The translations under genes and the position numbers were made by a program. The notes under the pieces were generated by a model, which saw only the letters and a list, made by a program, of their open reading frames with translations, ran no database searches and was not told where the DNA came from. This document shows, piece by piece, positions 11,178-21,767 of a DNA stretch of 61,299 nucleotides. The stretch covers positions 1-61,299 of the IMG/VR virus record IMGVR_UViG_3300007760_000655; one strand, given 5' to 3'. Origin of the DNA: a virus. Taxonomy: Duplodnaviria > Caudoviricetes. Positions within the stretch are counted from its first letter, which is position 1; each line of letters starts with the position of its first letter.

Positions 11178-12970
11178 TCTATTCTCGAAATGTTTTCAGT
11201 TTTAATTACGTTTGCCTTACTTAAAAGAGGGTGTGACCAACCGTGACTTACTAAAAAGGTATTTAATTCATGTTCTTTTAGGAGAATTTCAATCAATTTC
11301 TCTCTACCTTCATCATCTAATACACCAATTACTTCATCTAAAAATAAAGCATTAATTCTAGACTTAGAAAGCGTACTCATTAATCTTCTAATAGCTAATA
11401 AAGTGGAAGTATTAACTCGTGCAAGCTCACCACTACTTAACGCGAGAATGTCTATATCTTTTCCTTCATCTGATATGACTACGTTTAATTTATCATTAGT
11501 TATAGCAAATTGAAGCCCAAAACGACCATCAGATAATTCTGCAAGATACTGGTTAACTAAATCTTCTAAATCTTTAACAAGATTTTCAATTTTATACGCT
11601 ACTAGTCCATTAGTGCTAAATGCTTTTTTAAGTACTTCTAAATTCGCATATACTTCATTATTTTTCTTTAAATTAGACTCTTCTGATAATAACTTTAATT
11701 TAAACTCTTTTACTTGGGAGATAAGATAATCTAATTCGGTATTAAATTTGGTTATAGCTGCATTTTCATTTGATATATCCCTAATCTCATTTTCTTTCTC
11801 AGAAATTTTTTCATTTAAAGAAGTAATTTTTCTGTCTAATTCGGTTTTGTCCTCAGTCGTAGTAGGTAAATTTTGGTCAACTAGGCTTGAAAATTTTTCA
11901 AATTTTTGAATTATTTTTTGGTGTTCTTCGTGTTCTTTCAACTGGGCTTTTTTAAAGATAAGAAAGTTTTTTATTTCACCTGACCTACGGTTATTTTTCT
12001 TAATAATAGCAGTTTGTTCTGCCTTTAATTCTAATACTTTTTCTTCTTTTATTTCTTGTAGACAAGTAGGACAGCTTGTTCCTAACTTATCTATTTTTTG
12101 TATAACTTGTGTTGCTTGAGCGGATAGATTTTTAAGTGTAGCATCTTCTGTTCTTAAATCTGCTATTCCTGCGGGTTCTATAGTTTCTTTAGTTAATTCT
12201 TCTGGATTAATTTCACTTAACTGACTTCTATACTGGTTATTTAAGTTAATTTTATTATTAATGTCCTTTATATTGTCTAATCTTTCCTGAATTAAAGCTC
12301 TTTCTGATATTAATTCTTCGGGCGAGTCTGGTAACTCTAAAAGTTCCTTCTTCGTGGTACTTGTTATCGGGTTATTCTTAATCCAGGAGTTAATAGTACT
12401 AATACTACCCTTTATTTCCGCAACATCTGAAGCTGCACTCTTGTGTGCTTCTTTAAAGTTATCAAATAACTTCAAATAGCTGTCTAAATTTAACAATTCA
12501 ATCAAAAATCGTTTCCTATTAGTATCTGTAGCCGTTAAAAACTGCAAAGAACTCGTTGTGCTTTGGTAAACCAACTGGCTAAACGTTTTAAAATCTAATC
12601 CTAGTACTTTTTCCACTGTTTTGAAGGTATTAGTTGCTGTATGAGAGGAAATGTCCTCTCCGTCACATAGAAGTACTACTTTAATACTTGCTTTTCTATT
12701 AACAGATATAGAATACTCTTTACCATCTACTTCAAAGTCTAAAATTATTTGGTAACCATCTTTAGGGTTATTTCTATTTACAATATCTACTTTTTTAACC
12801 CCTTTTGAGTTTTTATTGAATAAAGCTTCTTCTAATAATAGAGGAATAGTACTTTTACCAGCACCGTTCTCGCCTACAAGCTGTACTATAATATTACTTT
12901 GTAAGTCTAAGTGATTATCTCTCCCATAAGAAAAGCAATTAGACCATCTAAGGTTTTTAAGTATAATCAT
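11168..12970 (-). CDS. D13: SbcC/Rad50-like recombination ATPase
   Basis: Walker A GENGAGKS, CPTC zinc hook, LSSGE signature, FLDE Walker B. Confidence 0.92.
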   Translation of the reverse strand: MIILKNLRWSNCFSYGRDNHLDLQSNIIVQLVGENGAGKSTIPLLLEEALFNKNSKGVKKVDIVNRNNPKDGYQIILDFEVDGKEYSISVNRKASIKVVLLCDGEDISSHTATNTFKTVEKVLGLDFKTFSQLVYQSTTSSLQFLTATDTNRKRFLIELLNLDSYLKLFDNFKEAHKSAASDVAEIKGSISTINSWIKNNPITSTTKKELLELPDSPEELISERALIQERLDNIKDINNKINLNNQYRSQLSEINPEELTKETIEPAGIADLRTEDATLKNLSAQATQVIQKIDKLGTSCPTCLQEIKEEKVLELKAEQTAIIKKNNRRSGEIKNFLIFKKAQLKEHEEHQKIIQKFEKFSSLVDQNLPTTTEDKTELDRKITSLNEKISEKENEIRDISNENAAITKFNTELDYLISQVKEFKLKLLSEESNLKKNNEVYANLEVLKKAFSTNGLVAYKIENLVKDLEDLVNQYLAELSDGRFGLQFAITNDKLNVVISDEGKDIDILALSSGELARVNTSTLLAIRRLMSTLSKSRINALFLDEVIGVLDDEGREKLIEILLKEHELNTFLVSHGWSHPLLSKANVIKTENISRIEWQ

Positions 12971-13892
12971 GAAACACTCCTAAGACTTCTTTAACTTTTT
13001 TCTCGTTTAAGCCTAAAATAAATTGTAAATACTCTGCTAATTCTTCTTCTAATGTCATTTCAGGTGTTAGAATTAGTGCAGAATCATTGTACCGTTTAAT
13101 AAGTTTCTTGTCTAGTAACTTATTATCTTTGTCTACCTTGACCAATTCAGATACGTCACCCTCTAACTCATAAATAGTATGATGATAGTGAGTTTCAATC
13201 ATTTGGTCTGGGTGACCTACGGTTTGTCGAATAAGTTGAGGTAATTTTAGTTTTAGCCACGACCAGTTCAAAGTACTACTATCAAATAGCAATACTCCTG
13301 TGTCTACAGGGTTTCTATGAAAGGAAGTGGTTACTGGACTGCCAGGATAAACTATATTACCTTGTGAATTTGAATGTGAATGTAAATCTCCTGCAATAAC
13401 TAGTTCCCAGCGTTTAAGTAGGTCTAAGTCAATTTCAGGAGTTACGTGTGGAGGTATTTCGCCTCTAACGTGTGTGAATAATGTTCGCCCACTAAAGTCT
13501 TTTGGGTCGAATATTTTTAATTTGTTGTATGGAATAAAATCCATATCTTCTAGTTTGTAGTAATCGTCTAGAATTGTTACTAAAGGATTAATAGCACGAG
13601 TTACGTCCTTTAAGTTAGAGAAAAAGGTCGTAGTTTTTCTTAGTGCCTCGTGATTTCCAGGGTATATAATAGTTTTTATACTTATACCCTTAATATACTG
13701 AAAGTATAAACTTAATTCGTCTAAAGTTGGTATTCTATCAAATAAATCTCCTCCAATTACATGAAGGTCTACAGTTTTTTCTAACTTGTACAATTCTTTG
13801 AATAGTAATTCGTACCTGTTAGTCGCCCATTTGCGTGGGACGCTTTTTTGTCCTAACTTGATGTGCCAATCAGCGCTGAATAGAATTTTCAT
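12957..13892 (-). CDS. D12: SbcD/Mre11-like metallophosphoesterase nuclease
   Basis: ADWH, GGDLFD, GNHE, GDLH, YPGSP motifs. Confidence 0.92.
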   Translation of the reverse strand: MKILFSADWHIKLGQKSVPRKWATNRYELLFKELYKLEKTVDLHVIGGDLFDRIPTLDELSLYFQYIKGISIKTIIYPGNHEALRKTTTFFSNLKDVTRAINPLVTILDDYYKLEDMDFIPYNKLKIFDPKDFSGRTLFTHVRGEIPPHVTPEIDLDLLKRWELVIAGDLHSHSNSQGNIVYPGSPVTTSFHRNPVDTGVLLFDSSTLNWSWLKLKLPQLIRQTVGHPDQMIETHYHHTIYELEGDVSELVKVDKDNKLLDKKLIKRYNDSALILTPEMTLEEELAEYLQFILGLNEKKVKEVLGVFHDYT

Positions 13893-13912
13893 TGGTGTTT
13901 CCTAAAGGTGAT

Positions 13913-13938
13913 AAAAAGCCCCAGTACCTGGGGCTGAT
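13913..13938 (-). terminator. Intrinsic terminator after D11
   Basis: AGCCCCAG-GTA-CTGGGGCT followed by a T run on the minus strand. Confidence 0.7.
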
Positions 13939-13949
13939 TAGTGTGTAAA

Positions 13950-14588
13950 CTACAGTAGCTCTGAAACTTCGTCTGCGACTTCATCAGGAATATTATCTTT
14001 ACCAGTGTTCTCTAGAACTCTGCTTTCGATAAATTCTTTTTGTAATTCTGAAGTAGGGCGAGCGATTACGTCATCAATGCTCGGTAGTTCTTCAATTGCT
14101 TCCAACTGTTCTGCGTTTAAAGGTTCTGGCTTACACTTAAGAACCTGTAAAGTATACTCTACGTTAAACGGTAGAGGGCCAGTCTTTTGCTTTTTAAAGC
14201 ATAATGCCCAACCAGTTTCAATATCTGTAGGGTCGCCTAAATCTTCTGCGGCTACCATTACAGACTCAAATAGTTTCTTTTTAAGATTGAGAACTTTAAC
14301 TTTGTTGTCGTCATCAATACATTGAACTGCATATGCCCAAGAGCATTTAAGGTCTGGGAAGTAATGTCTTACCCAGTCTTTTTCAATGTTTGTAAACTGC
14401 TCTTTATCTCTGTCAAACCCAAGACATTCCATAGGAACTCTTTTGCCATCAGCAGTTGTTAACCAATATACGTATCTAGGAAGAACATCTCCCACCATAC
14501 GTATTTTGTTGTCTCCGTCTTTATAGGTGTAAGCTTCAACTGATGATTTTTTAGCTTTACCTTCAATATTTCCAAATTTAATTGCCAT
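13950..14588 (-). CDS. D11: D11-like protein (putative ssDNA-binding)
   Basis: RMVGDVLPRYVYW, acidic C-tail, T5 synteny. Confidence 0.8.
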   Translation of the reverse strand: MAIKFGNIEGKAKKSSVEAYTYKDGDNKIRMVGDVLPRYVYWLTTADGKRVPMECLGFDRDKEQFTNIEKDWVRHYFPDLKCSWAYAVQCIDDDNKVKVLNLKKKLFESVMVAAEDLGDPTDIETGWALCFKKQKTGPLPFNVEYTLQVLKCKPEPLNAEQLEAIEELPSIDDVIARPTSELQKEFIESRVLENTGKDNIPDEVADEVSELL

Positions 14589-14976
14589 TTTCTTTTTCCT
14601 CGTAATAAAATGTTATATTATCTTGACCATCTATACTTAAAAGGGGATTATCCTCTATAGCTGCCCGGTCTATCTCTGTGTATTTCAATGGTAACGTTTT
14701 AACGCCATACCATTTGTAATCTAAGTAATTTCTAAGACTCGCCAACTCAATATAGAGTGCCATGTTATTGAAAGTTACTTGTGCTGTGTTTTTAAATATC
14801 TCTCTAGGATTAATTAAGTAGCTATCGCCACTTAGATTATGGTTGTAAAATCGGCTTATGTTCTTATTACTTCGAGGCATCCTGATATTGTAGGTATGAA
14901 TAGCTAGGATTCTTACCACGTTCACGGATTTACCTCCACTCAGTTTTTGTACCTTTTTCCAATCAAAGAAAATCAA
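14578..14976 (-). CDS. Conserved T5-like hypothetical protein
   Basis: FFDWKK...YIELASLRNYLDY; sits between D10 and D11 as in T5-like phages. Confidence 0.6.
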   Translation of the reverse strand: MIFFDWKKVQKLSGGKSVNVVRILAIHTYNIRMPRSNKNISRFYNHNLSGDSYLINPREIFKNTAQVTFNNMALYIELASLRNYLDYKWYGVKTLPLKYTEIDRAAIEDNPLLSIDGQDNITFYYEEKENGN

Positions 14977-15002
14977 CTTAAAAATCTCCCATTTAGAGTA
15001 AT

Positions 15003-15031
15003 ATTATACTATAAAATAACCACTTTGTCAA
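15003..15031 (-). promoter_or_regulatory. Consensus sigma70 promoter
   Basis: TTGACA-17nt-TATAAT. Confidence 0.85.
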
Positions 15032-15040
15032 GAGTTATTT

Positions 15041-16336
15041 TTAATTAGCTACAACCTTTATGTCGTAACCTTGTTTAATGTATACAGCTGAACGTGCTTT
15101 TGCTTGTCTGGTTGCTGTATTGCCCTTCAAGTGTATATCTACTATCACGGGCTGTAATTTACCTTCTTGTTTTCTAATAATTCTCCCTATCAATTGAATC
15201 AATAAAGGTTCATTATTAATTGGAGTTGCTAAGACCAAGGCAGAGAGTTCGTTAACAGAAATGCCCTCTCCGAAGATACTCTGAGAACCATATAGGATAT
15301 CAGCCTCTCCAGTTCGTAACTTATCTATTTCTCTATCTCTCGTTGCTTGGTCTAGCTCCCCAGTTATACATGTAGCGTTATCTCCCGTGAATTCAGCACA
15401 CCTTTTTAGAAGTTGTACTCTATCACTTACTACTAGTACCCTATGTCCTCTAGCGGCATAAACTGACGCTAGTTGGGCTACTATTCGTTGGTAACTTTCG
15501 TCATAAGCGACGGCGTTTACCCTTTTCGCCCAAGGAATTTTAGTACTATCAGGGAATCGGACATCTGACTTTACGATGGTTACTCTCGGTGTTATGTAAT
15601 TCTCTTTCGGGGGTTGATGTACGTCAAAACCGAAATAATCATTAAAGATTACATGTTTCCCATCTTTTCTTTGCAAAGTACCACTCAGACCTATTTTATA
15701 CCTTGCAGAGCACTTGTCAATTATCCCAGAGAATGTAGGAGCGCTTACGTGATGCATTTCGTCCAGAATAATTGTTCCAAACATTTTTGAAATTTCTTTT
15801 ATTCTTTTACTCAAAGTCTGTACGTTCGCTACAACGATTATCGGGTCGGTATTGAATTTTCCGCTTCCGATAATCCCTGGCTTAATACCCAGGCACTTCT
15901 CTACTTCTTCTTCCCACTGCTTTCTTAACGCCAATGTATGTACTACTATTAAAGTTTTCTGACCCAGTTTAGAAGCAACAGCCAGAGCTGTAAAAGTCTT
16001 ACCCCAACTTACAAATGCGTTTATAATTGCATTATCGTCGATAGATTTGAAAATTTTACTCTGACTATCCCTCAATCCAAATTTGAATTCTGGAAAATTT
16101 TCTGGAACTAATACTCTCTTATCAATAATTTCATGTCCTTCTGGAATTAGGTCGAATCTACCTACTGGTACTGTAACAAGGTCTTTACTTATTCTTCCCA
16201 TATTCTTAATTATTTGAGGTGGTTCCGTCGGATTATACGACGGAATCTTATAAGTAAGCTCTAAGTCTAACAGCTTCTGTCGTTTAGCGTCAGCTGTCAT
16301 ATAGATTCGATTTGAAATTACTGCTTTATCCTTCAT
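15041..16336 (-). CDS. D10: D10-like SF2 helicase
   Basis: SWGKT, DEMHH, SGT, QLIGRIIR motifs. Confidence 0.9.
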   Translation of the reverse strand: MKDKAVISNRIYMTADAKRQKLLDLELTYKIPSYNPTEPPQIIKNMGRISKDLVTVPVGRFDLIPEGHEIIDKRVLVPENFPEFKFGLRDSQSKIFKSIDDNAIINAFVSWGKTFTALAVASKLGQKTLIVVHTLALRKQWEEEVEKCLGIKPGIIGSGKFNTDPIIVVANVQTLSKRIKEISKMFGTIILDEMHHVSAPTFSGIIDKCSARYKIGLSGTLQRKDGKHVIFNDYFGFDVHQPPKENYITPRVTIVKSDVRFPDSTKIPWAKRVNAVAYDESYQRIVAQLASVYAARGHRVLVVSDRVQLLKRCAEFTGDNATCITGELDQATRDREIDKLRTGEADILYGSQSIFGEGISVNELSALVLATPINNEPLLIQLIGRIIRKQEGKLQPVIVDIHLKGNTATRQAKARSAVYIKQGYDIKVVAN

Positions 16337-16452
16337 CTGAAAAAGAAGCTTCTCATTATTTCATCTATATACATATAAAACCCAATGGATACAATTCCAA
16401 TTCCAACTAGAGCCGTAAGTATTATAATCCAGGTTAGTGCATTATCTCTCAT
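16333..16452 (-). CDS. 39-aa single-TM protein (not in ORF track)
   Basis: MRDNALTWIIILTALVGIGIVSIGFYMYIDEIMRSFFFR; ATGA overlaps with both neighbours. Confidence 0.55.
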   Translation of the reverse strand: MRDNALTWIIILTALVGIGIVSIGFYMYIDEIMRSFFFR

Positions 16453-16973
16453 ATTTTCCTTCTTGTGTCTTTTAGTTTCTGATTAGTTACTTCATAAAGC
16501 AAGTAACCTTTATCTATTTTTAGTACTCCAGCATATTTTGCGTGAAGGTTAAGCCTGCCTCTAACTTCAAAAGGACTATTTACTCCTTTTAATAAAAAGA
16601 CAGTTGAATTATCCGTATACCACCTATCTAGGATTTCTTTGTAAACTAATGGGTAGAAGGTCGTTTTTTTATATTTATAAATCTTGCCTTCATAATCTAT
16701 GAAACAAAGGTGTCCTGAACTTAATAAGTCTTTCAAAGACCATATAGCCTTAGTTAGTGGGTATAATGGATAATCTTTTAATTGTTTAGCTCGTAGTCGT
16801 CTTACTGTAAATTCTTCTTTACCAGGTAAGTCTATACGTCTAATACCTCTTTTGTCGGTAATTAGACCCCCCGCTATGGATTCGTGAGGTCTAATTATCC
16901 AAACAGGCCAGTGAATATTAGAGAAGTTCGGGGTATTGCTTTTCAAACTTTCCGAATGCATAATCATCTCCAA
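16449..16973 (-). CDS. Conserved T5-like hypothetical protein downstream of pol
   Basis: FIDYEGKIYKYKK motif; synteny. Confidence 0.6.
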   Translation of the reverse strand: MEMIMHSESLKSNTPNFSNIHWPVWIIRPHESIAGGLITDKRGIRRIDLPGKEEFTVRRLRAKQLKDYPLYPLTKAIWSLKDLLSSGHLCFIDYEGKIYKYKKTTFYPLVYKEILDRWYTDNSTVFLLKGVNSPFEVRGRLNLHAKYAGVLKIDKGYLLYEVTNQKLKDTRRKI

Positions 16974-19197
16974 TATCTAAGTCTACTCCTATTGGTTGCC
17001 CTGGAATAGAACATCCTCGGTCTTTTTGAGTTATTTTTGCCATCATATCTGAGACTTCCTCAACTTCCGATTCTTTCACTTCTAGCACTAACGAGTCATG
17101 AACTAGTGCTATTATTTTTGCGTCTTTCTTGTTGTCCTTTAACCATTGACTTAACTCTATTCCAGCCAAGAGGTTAATATCTGAAGCAACAGACTGAATA
17201 AGAAAGTTTATGCCACTTCTTACTTCATGCGACGCAATGCCTTTATCGTTACTGAATACATTAGGTAGTCTACGCTTTCTGCCTAGAATACTGTAAATGA
17301 ATCCGTCCGACTCGATTTGCTCTTTGGACTTTGTTAACCAAGTCTTTAACTTTCTAAAAGTTAAAAAGTACTTGGAAATTGTGTCCTTTGCTTGCTCAAT
17401 GGAGAAAAATTCTCCACTATCTTTAGTTACTGTTTCCGATACCTTTGCAGGCCCAGATCCATACATGATTCCGAAAGTAATAGCTTTTGCAGCTTGTCTT
17501 TCTTTCTTAGCATACACACTAATGTCTGCTGGGTCATGTGGAAGTTGGAAAACCATCTTCGCAACTGTGGAGTGCAAGTCTCCACCACTCTTAAACACAT
17601 TTTGAAGAGCCTTATCTTTACTAAGTACTGAAGCTACATATACTTCAGCTGTTGACAAGTCTTGTTGTAGTATCTTGTACCCTGGATTTGCTTTAATACA
17701 ACCTTTTACAGCAGAGTTATCTCTGGGTAACTGTTGCATATTAAGTTTTCCTGAACTAGATAATCTTCCCGACGTTGTCGAGGTAAGGTTGAATCCTGTA
17801 CGAATACGACTATCTTTATCTAGAGCAGGTATAACTTTATCCAAATAAGTGTTTTTAATTTTCGATTTTTGTCTTATATCTAAAATAACACCAGGTATAG
17901 GGTGTTCTTCTGACAGAGTTTTTAACACCTCCGCATCAGTAGATTGTGCTCCTGTACCCGTTAACTTACCCGTAGGGGTTAGCTTTAAAAAATCAAACAT
18001 TAGTACTCTTAATTGTTGTGTACTATTTGGATTAAATACTTTTCCTTGTGCTTCTTCAAACTTATGTACTTCTTCAAACTCATATAGCTTTTCTTTAGCT
18101 ACCTGAATTTCTGTTTCCATAAGTTTCTGAACTTTTAGTAACCTATCAAGGTCAAAGGGAACTCCCGCTTCCTCAACTTCTTTTAGAAATAGCATACCGG
18201 GAACCATAAGTTCTTTATAGACTTTGGTTAGTTCCACACTACTGATAATTTTCTTAGTGAATAACTGATATAATTCATAAGTAACAGCAGTATCAATAGC
18301 AGCGTACTTATAAAGAATATCAAAAGGAATTAAATCATAAGTGAAATCTCCCTTTAATATACGATTTTCTTTACAGTACTGATTTCTAAAGTTATCTAAG
18401 TCTTTATCATAATCCCCATACTCAGTATATTTTAAAGCTAAGAATTTAAGTCCGTGAGTCCCCTTCGATTCGTCTAAGATATAATGCATAAGCATTGTAT
18501 CTGAAACCTTGGGAAAAGTAAACCCAAAATGATACTCTAACATCTTGAGGTCAAATTTAGCGTTATGGAAAACAATCATTTTACTATCAAAAACCTTTTG
18601 AAATAGTTCTTCTATGTATGTAGTTATACATTCTGCCGATATATAAACTCCTTGTTGGGGTTTATGCGACATACTGATACCGAGAACGTATCCATCTCGG
18701 GGATATAAAGCCGTGGTTTCTGTATCGCAAGTAACAAATCTTATTGATTTATCTTCTATTATTCCTTCCAAATAACTTTCAGCATCTTCTTCGGTAGTTA
18801 TACCTACAAAGTCTCCTGAAAGAGAGGGAGGTAATTGTCCTGCTATATACCCGTGTAGCTTTTCACAAGCTCTATTAAATAGAGGTTTAGCTTCTGGTTT
18901 AAAATTTAACATAGCAGGACTAATCATAGGGATAAATTTCTTATCCACTAAATGTCCTGAAAATTCGGTTACTGATGTTATGCCTCCAATAAATTTGCAG
19001 GCTTCAGAACCTATAAGTACAATATAATCGTACTTATCTTCTTCAAAATCTACTAAGTCCACATCTTTTTTCAAAAGTTTTTTAATCCTTTTTGAAGAGA
19101 GGTGAAAATGGTCGAAATCAAATTTAAAATATGATTTGTAGTTTACCCCACTAGGGGCTTTGTCAACTACTGCTATCTTGCGTGATTGTGGTTCCAT
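16918..19197 (-). CDS. pol: Family A DNA polymerase with 3'-5' exonuclease
   Basis: DTETT, HNAKFD, SGRLSS, RQAAKAITFGIMYG (Phe at the 762-equivalent position), VHDS; T5-like N-terminus KIAVVDK. Confidence 0.96.
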   Translation of the reverse strand: MEPQSRKIAVVDKAPSGVNYKSYFKFDFDHFHLSSKRIKKLLKKDVDLVDFEEDKYDYIVLIGSEACKFIGGITSVTEFSGHLVDKKFIPMISPAMLNFKPEAKPLFNRACEKLHGYIAGQLPPSLSGDFVGITTEEDAESYLEGIIEDKSIRFVTCDTETTALYPRDGYVLGISMSHKPQQGVYISAECITTYIEELFQKVFDSKMIVFHNAKFDLKMLEYHFGFTFPKVSDTMLMHYILDESKGTHGLKFLALKYTEYGDYDKDLDNFRNQYCKENRILKGDFTYDLIPFDILYKYAAIDTAVTYELYQLFTKKIISSVELTKVYKELMVPGMLFLKEVEEAGVPFDLDRLLKVQKLMETEIQVAKEKLYEFEEVHKFEEAQGKVFNPNSTQQLRVLMFDFLKLTPTGKLTGTGAQSTDAEVLKTLSEEHPIPGVILDIRQKSKIKNTYLDKVIPALDKDSRIRTGFNLTSTTSGRLSSSGKLNMQQLPRDNSAVKGCIKANPGYKILQQDLSTAEVYVASVLSKDKALQNVFKSGGDLHSTVAKMVFQLPHDPADISVYAKKERQAAKAITFGIMYGSGPAKVSETVTKDSGEFFSIEQAKDTISKYFLTFRKLKTWLTKSKEQIESDGFIYSILGRKRRLPNVFSNDKGIASHEVRSGINFLIQSVASDINLLAGIELSQWLKDNKKDAKIIALVHDSLVLEVKESEVEEVSDMMAKITQKDRGCSIPGQPIGVDLDIGDDYAFGKFEKQYPELL

Positions 19198-20029
19198 AGA
19201 TGTTTTCCTTTATGTGTTTTATGTCCGTAGCGGACAGGTCTCCCGGATCGAGTCCATCCGGTAATTGTAGTTTAGTTTCTTCGTTTATTATAAATGTATC
19301 TGTTAGTAATCTGTGTGCAGAGTGTTCGGCTTTTCTTCCTGCCTCATCTCCATCAAACATGGTATAAATAGTATGCACACCTTGGAGCTTCAAGGCTTCT
19401 AATAACTCTAGTTGTACATTATTAGCTCCGAGCACTGCTACTGCGTTTACTAAGCCTTTGTCGATTAAATTAAGCGCATCAAATATGCCTTCGACTAAAA
19501 TTACTGAGCCTTCAATAGGAGATACTATAGCTGGAAATAACGGCAGCTCCGCTCCAGAAGGTCTTATCAGGTACTTCGGGTGTGCATTACTATTTATATA
19601 TCTTCCGATAAAAGCTCGAATTTTACCTGTAATATCAGGTAAGGGGAATACTATTCTCCCTTCAAACTCTTTATCATGGATAAATGCCCCAAAACGGGCT
19701 AAAGTTCTTTTATCAATATCTCTGAAATGTCTAGTATAAGGTATTGCCCCGTCTGGTAGTATTAAACCTGTAGAAGCAGCTCGGATTGCTGAAATTTTAT
19801 CTTTCAGTCTTTTTACTCGAACATCTTGCCAGTTTCTATCAACATTAAAGAACTTAAAAACGTTCCCTTTAAAACCACAACTAAAGCAGTGGAACGTGCC
19901 TTCTGCTTGGTCAATATGCATAGAAGGATGATTATCCTCATGGTCTGGACTTAAACAACGTACAACGAAGTCCTGTCCTTTAGGAGTAAACGTAATATTA
20001 TGTTTTGTTAATATCTCACTTACTACCAT
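19163..20029 (-). CDS. pri: DNA primase (Zn finger + TOPRIM)
   Basis: C..H...CFSC zinc finger, VEGIFD, FDGDEAG. Confidence 0.93.
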   Translation of the reverse strand: MVVSEILTKHNITFTPKGQDFVVRCLSPDHEDNHPSMHIDQAEGTFHCFSCGFKGNVFKFFNVDRNWQDVRVKRLKDKISAIRAASTGLILPDGAIPYTRHFRDIDKRTLARFGAFIHDKEFEGRIVFPLPDITGKIRAFIGRYINSNAHPKYLIRPSGAELPLFPAIVSPIEGSVILVEGIFDALNLIDKGLVNAVAVLGANNVQLELLEALKLQGVHTIYTMFDGDEAGRKAEHSAHRLLTDTFIINEETKLQLPDGLDPGDLSATDIKHIKENIYGTTITQDSSS

Positions 20030-21402
20030 AGCATATCCGACGCTTCTTTCTTAGGTGATTTTTTACCTACCTTTCTTGCGTCTGTTTCTTTTCCTAACGC
20101 AGATGGTTTAGGTTTTGCTTGAGGCCCTAACTTGAGGGTATCCCAATCCATTACACTAGTAAATTCTATATCTGGTCCACTTCTTACTTTAGTTGAAGTG
20201 AATGTAATAGCGTTATCTTCTTTAGAGTGTGCGTTAATTAAGAAAGCAGAGTCTGGACTATCTAATAGTCCTTTAGCAAACCTAGTTTGACCACTATCAT
20301 CAATTTGATAAGGGGTTACTAGTGCTATATCATACTTTCTAGCATACTCTTTCAGTTTCTTACTAGCATAAATTTGACTTTGCCAGTCATAAATTTCCTT
20401 TCCAAGACCTGTATCTACTTGGTTAACATAGTCAACCACTACAAGTCCTAGACTGTCGCCAAATTGTGCTTTAGCTTTTTGTAACTGTAAGTCAATACTT
20501 GTTAAAGATAAAGACCTATCATCAACAATTATTATTTGATTATCTTCTTTTAATTTACATTCTGAAGTTAATCTTCGTTCGAACTCTAGTGGGTTTCGTT
20601 TATCAAGAAATTCTTCATATACGCCCTCACTATGTTGGAACATTTCTGCACGAACCTTTGCTACTGCATTCATTTCTTTAGCATCTAATCTATTTTTACG
20701 AATACTAGCATAAGGAACTTTTGATAGCATACTTGTTATTCTATGGAAAGTTTCCATTGCTGTCATCTCGATAGTAAAGAATATAGCAGTTTTACCCATA
20801 TCATACTGGTTTGCTACCATATTCGCACATACTAGAGATTTACCTGCGCCTCTCTTACCACCTATTAGAATAAGTTCTTCTCTATAGGCTCCTCCGACCC
20901 TACTGTCAAAGTCATTATTTATACCAAGCGGAAGACAGGAGTGTTCTTCTATGCCCTGTTCTTGGAATATTAGTAAATCTCCCATACTAGACACTTTCTC
21001 GTCTGTATGGGTCTGTTCATCTAATTTCATTACTATATTGGATAGACTCTCTTTCACTTCTAAGCTATCCATCACAGTTATCTTATCTATATACTTATCT
21101 AATAAGCTAAGAGATTCGTTCTGTGAATACTGGTCGATTAAGGCGTCAATTGCTAGGTCTAGTTCAATTTCTGGTACTTCAAGTAAACGAAGTGCCGCTA
21201 AATCTTTTTGCGTTTTAATATCCCTTGTTACAGTATCTAACTGGTCAAAGGAAGGAATTCGATTGTACTCTTGGTAGAATCTATGAACGCTTGAATACAG
21301 AGAGCTATAGGACTCTTGAAAAAAGTCCTTTTTTACTCTTGCCCAGCCATCGAGACTTTGCTCCTTCATCAACATATGAAGAACTGTTGCCCCGATATCC
21401 AT
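20023..21402 (-). CDS. D6: DnaB-like replicative helicase
   Basis: GGKRGAGKS, FTIEM, VVDY; T5 synteny. Confidence 0.88.
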   Translation of the reverse strand: MDIGATVLHMLMKEQSLDGWARVKKDFFQESYSSLYSSVHRFYQEYNRIPSFDQLDTVTRDIKTQKDLAALRLLEVPEIELDLAIDALIDQYSQNESLSLLDKYIDKITVMDSLEVKESLSNIVMKLDEQTHTDEKVSSMGDLLIFQEQGIEEHSCLPLGINNDFDSRVGGAYREELILIGGKRGAGKSLVCANMVANQYDMGKTAIFFTIEMTAMETFHRITSMLSKVPYASIRKNRLDAKEMNAVAKVRAEMFQHSEGVYEEFLDKRNPLEFERRLTSECKLKEDNQIIIVDDRSLSLTSIDLQLQKAKAQFGDSLGLVVVDYVNQVDTGLGKEIYDWQSQIYASKKLKEYARKYDIALVTPYQIDDSGQTRFAKGLLDSPDSAFLINAHSKEDNAITFTSTKVRSGPDIEFTSVMDWDTLKLGPQAKPKPSALGKETDARKVGKKSPKKEASDMLW

Positions 21403-21719
21403 TATTTTGCCTTATGTTCGTTGTCCTGAATTACCTCGTCTAACTCTGCTGTTAATCTCCCTAGTATTTCTGACCTCAATTCTTTCAATTTTATAGGATA
21501 GAGTGCACCCTCGTCAAAGAGTATGTTCAATTGCTCTCCAGTAACAATTTGTTGGAGTGCAAAGTACACTATATCCCAAGGGTCGTTCGTACTTGGGTAT
21601 GCTTTAATGTCTGTGTAATCGCCTAGAAGGTCTTTTGCTCGTCTAACCGCTTCAGTTGCAGTGAAGCTGTCCACGTCGTGGAATTTTGCTATCAATTTCA
21701 TACTTAAATTCTCCGACAA
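21402..21719 (-). CDS. Hypothetical protein
   Basis: ORF in operon, coupled to helicase start. Confidence 0.55.
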   Translation of the reverse strand: MSENLSMKLIAKFHDVDSFTATEAVRRAKDLLGDYTDIKAYPSTNDPWDIVYFALQQIVTGEQLNILFDEGALYPIKLKELRSEILGRLTAELDEVIQDNEHKAK

Positions 21720-21767
21720 AAAAAGGGTAGCAACGTATGACTGCCACCCTTTGACTTAAATTACCAA